Source: the human T2T-CHM13v2.0 reference genome, Homo sapiens
DNA length: 64,000 nt
Assembly: GCF_009914755.1 (NCBI RefSeq)
Contig: NC_060934.1
Direction: 5' to 3' (one strand)
This document shows, one piece after another, positions 62,593-64,000 of the stretch (positions are counted from its first letter, which is position 1; each line of letters opens with the position of its first letter). The position numbers were made by a program, and so were the translations under genes. Below the pieces are notes generated by a model. It was not told the DNA's origin, ran no database searches, and was given only the letters and a program-made list of their open reading frames with translations.

Positions 62593-63593
62593 GGCTTCAG
62601 TGAAGACCTTACCCCTGTCCAGAGCAGAGTTGTCTTTCTAAACTAAAAGAAAACCAAACAAAAACAAACAATAGGGATATCTCAAGGTTCAAGAATAAGT
62701 TTAACAGTGCATATAATAACAACTAGGCCCAATATTTATGTTTTTATAATGGGCAATAGTCTCCAATCTTTTCTTTAGGAGATTATTGCTATAATTGTAG
62801 TTGTATTTTTAGTATTCAGTGACTGAAAATAGCATGTAATCAATAAATGAATTTGATAACATTTTAAGTGAACACAAATGTTATTCTTCACTGTTTTTCA
62901 GAAAATGTTTAGCATCCATATAACCTCTTTTAAAATACTTTCAGGAAGCCAAAGATTCATGAGTTGGGACCATTAGCGTTTTTATATTTTTACCAGAGAC
63001 AGCGAGAGAGACAGAGAGAACGAGTGCATGTGTGTCAGAGAGACAGCAAGATTTATTTTTATTTTTATTTATTTTTTACTGCTTATCTTTCCATGATGTG
63101 ACCACCCAAATTTATGAAATCCTTCCAGAAGGTTTGGGACCCCCTAGTAAATTCAATTATGCTCAACATATTGTATTCTATTCTTTGGAAATTAACTATC
63201 CACTTAGAGTATCTATGATATTCCCTAATAATTATACTATTAAATGTATCATACCACCACATTTCTCAGGTATACTGGAAGATAGAGCACTTACAACATA
63301 ACCCTATATGAGTTATTTTTAAATGAAATATTTCTATTCTTCCATACTTTAAGACAAATTTCTTCAATGACAACTCTACTTTCTCTGAATGTAATGTTTT
63401 GTGATATTTGCTCAATTTTAGGCCAAACATCACAATTTCTATTTCTTCCTTTTCCTTCTTCCTTCTTTCCTTTCTTTAAAATGTAATTCTTAAAATATAG
63501 CTAACTTTAGTTGGATATTTTTCAAATAAACCTCTAAGTGACATAGATTAAGATCTATTTCACCTTGCTAAACACCTTTTAAAATAACCTGTT

Positions 63594-63890
63594 GGCTGGG
63601 CGCGGTGGCTCATGCCTGTAATCCCAGCACTTTGGGGGGCCGAGGCAGGTGGATCACCTGAGGTCAGGAGTTTGAGACCAGCCTGGCCAACATGGTGAAA
63701 CCCCATCTCTACTAAAAAGTACAAAAATTAGTTGGGTGTGGTGGCAGATGCATGTAATCCCAGCTACTCAGGTGGCTGAGACAGGAGAATTGCTTGAACC
63801 TGGGAGGCGGAGGTTGCAGTGAGATCGCGTCACTGCACTCCAGCCTGGGCGACAAGAGTGAGACAATTCTTAAAAAAAAAGAAAAAAAAA
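63594..63890 (+). mobile_element. AluSx-like
   Basis: Full dimer; AACCTGTT at both flanks. Confidence 0.95.
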
Positions 63891-64000
63891 AGAACCTGTT
63901 GAAGTCTGAAAAACTCAGCCAATTAGTTATTAATAACTGAAGTAAATGATTTGTCTGACATTAAACAAGTGTAACTGTTGTTTTCGCTAAGGTTTGTTGA

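Overview
Human genomic DNA: an AluYb8 at 23.5 kb is a human-specific subfamily. The window looks intergenic or deep-intronic and is dominated by transposable elements. I found no intact protein-coding gene. The listed ORFs are repeat-derived (L1 ORF2 tail, Alu, THE1/MaLR ORF, ERVL pol) or microsatellite artefacts. Main landmarks are a full-length RPS26 processed pseudogene (52.5-52.9 kb), a two-LTR THE1 element (20.1-22.7 kb), a MER57 provirus with an env-TM remnant (34.1-42.8 kb), an ERVL/MLT2B provirus on the minus strand (44.4-51.1 kb), and a MER41B solo LTR with two intact GAS (STAT1) motifs (60.9-61.5 kb). There are about 25 Alus plus L1/L2/L3/MIR and hAT fossils. Signals not explained by routine repeat annotation: (i) a complex templated insertion at 16.8 kb, where an inverted copy of DNA from 2 kb away sits between inverted arms; (ii) a 237-bp copy of host flank inside the ERVL provirus, replacing U5/PBS; (iii) several smaller fold-back scars; (iv) a non-repeat, CpG-retaining segment at 8.3-8.7 kb with ZNF143- and RFX-like motifs, a candidate unannotated promoter. 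I see no evidence for a new multi-gene biological system. Repeat subfamily names come from recalled consensus features, not a database search, and boundaries of old elements are approximate.
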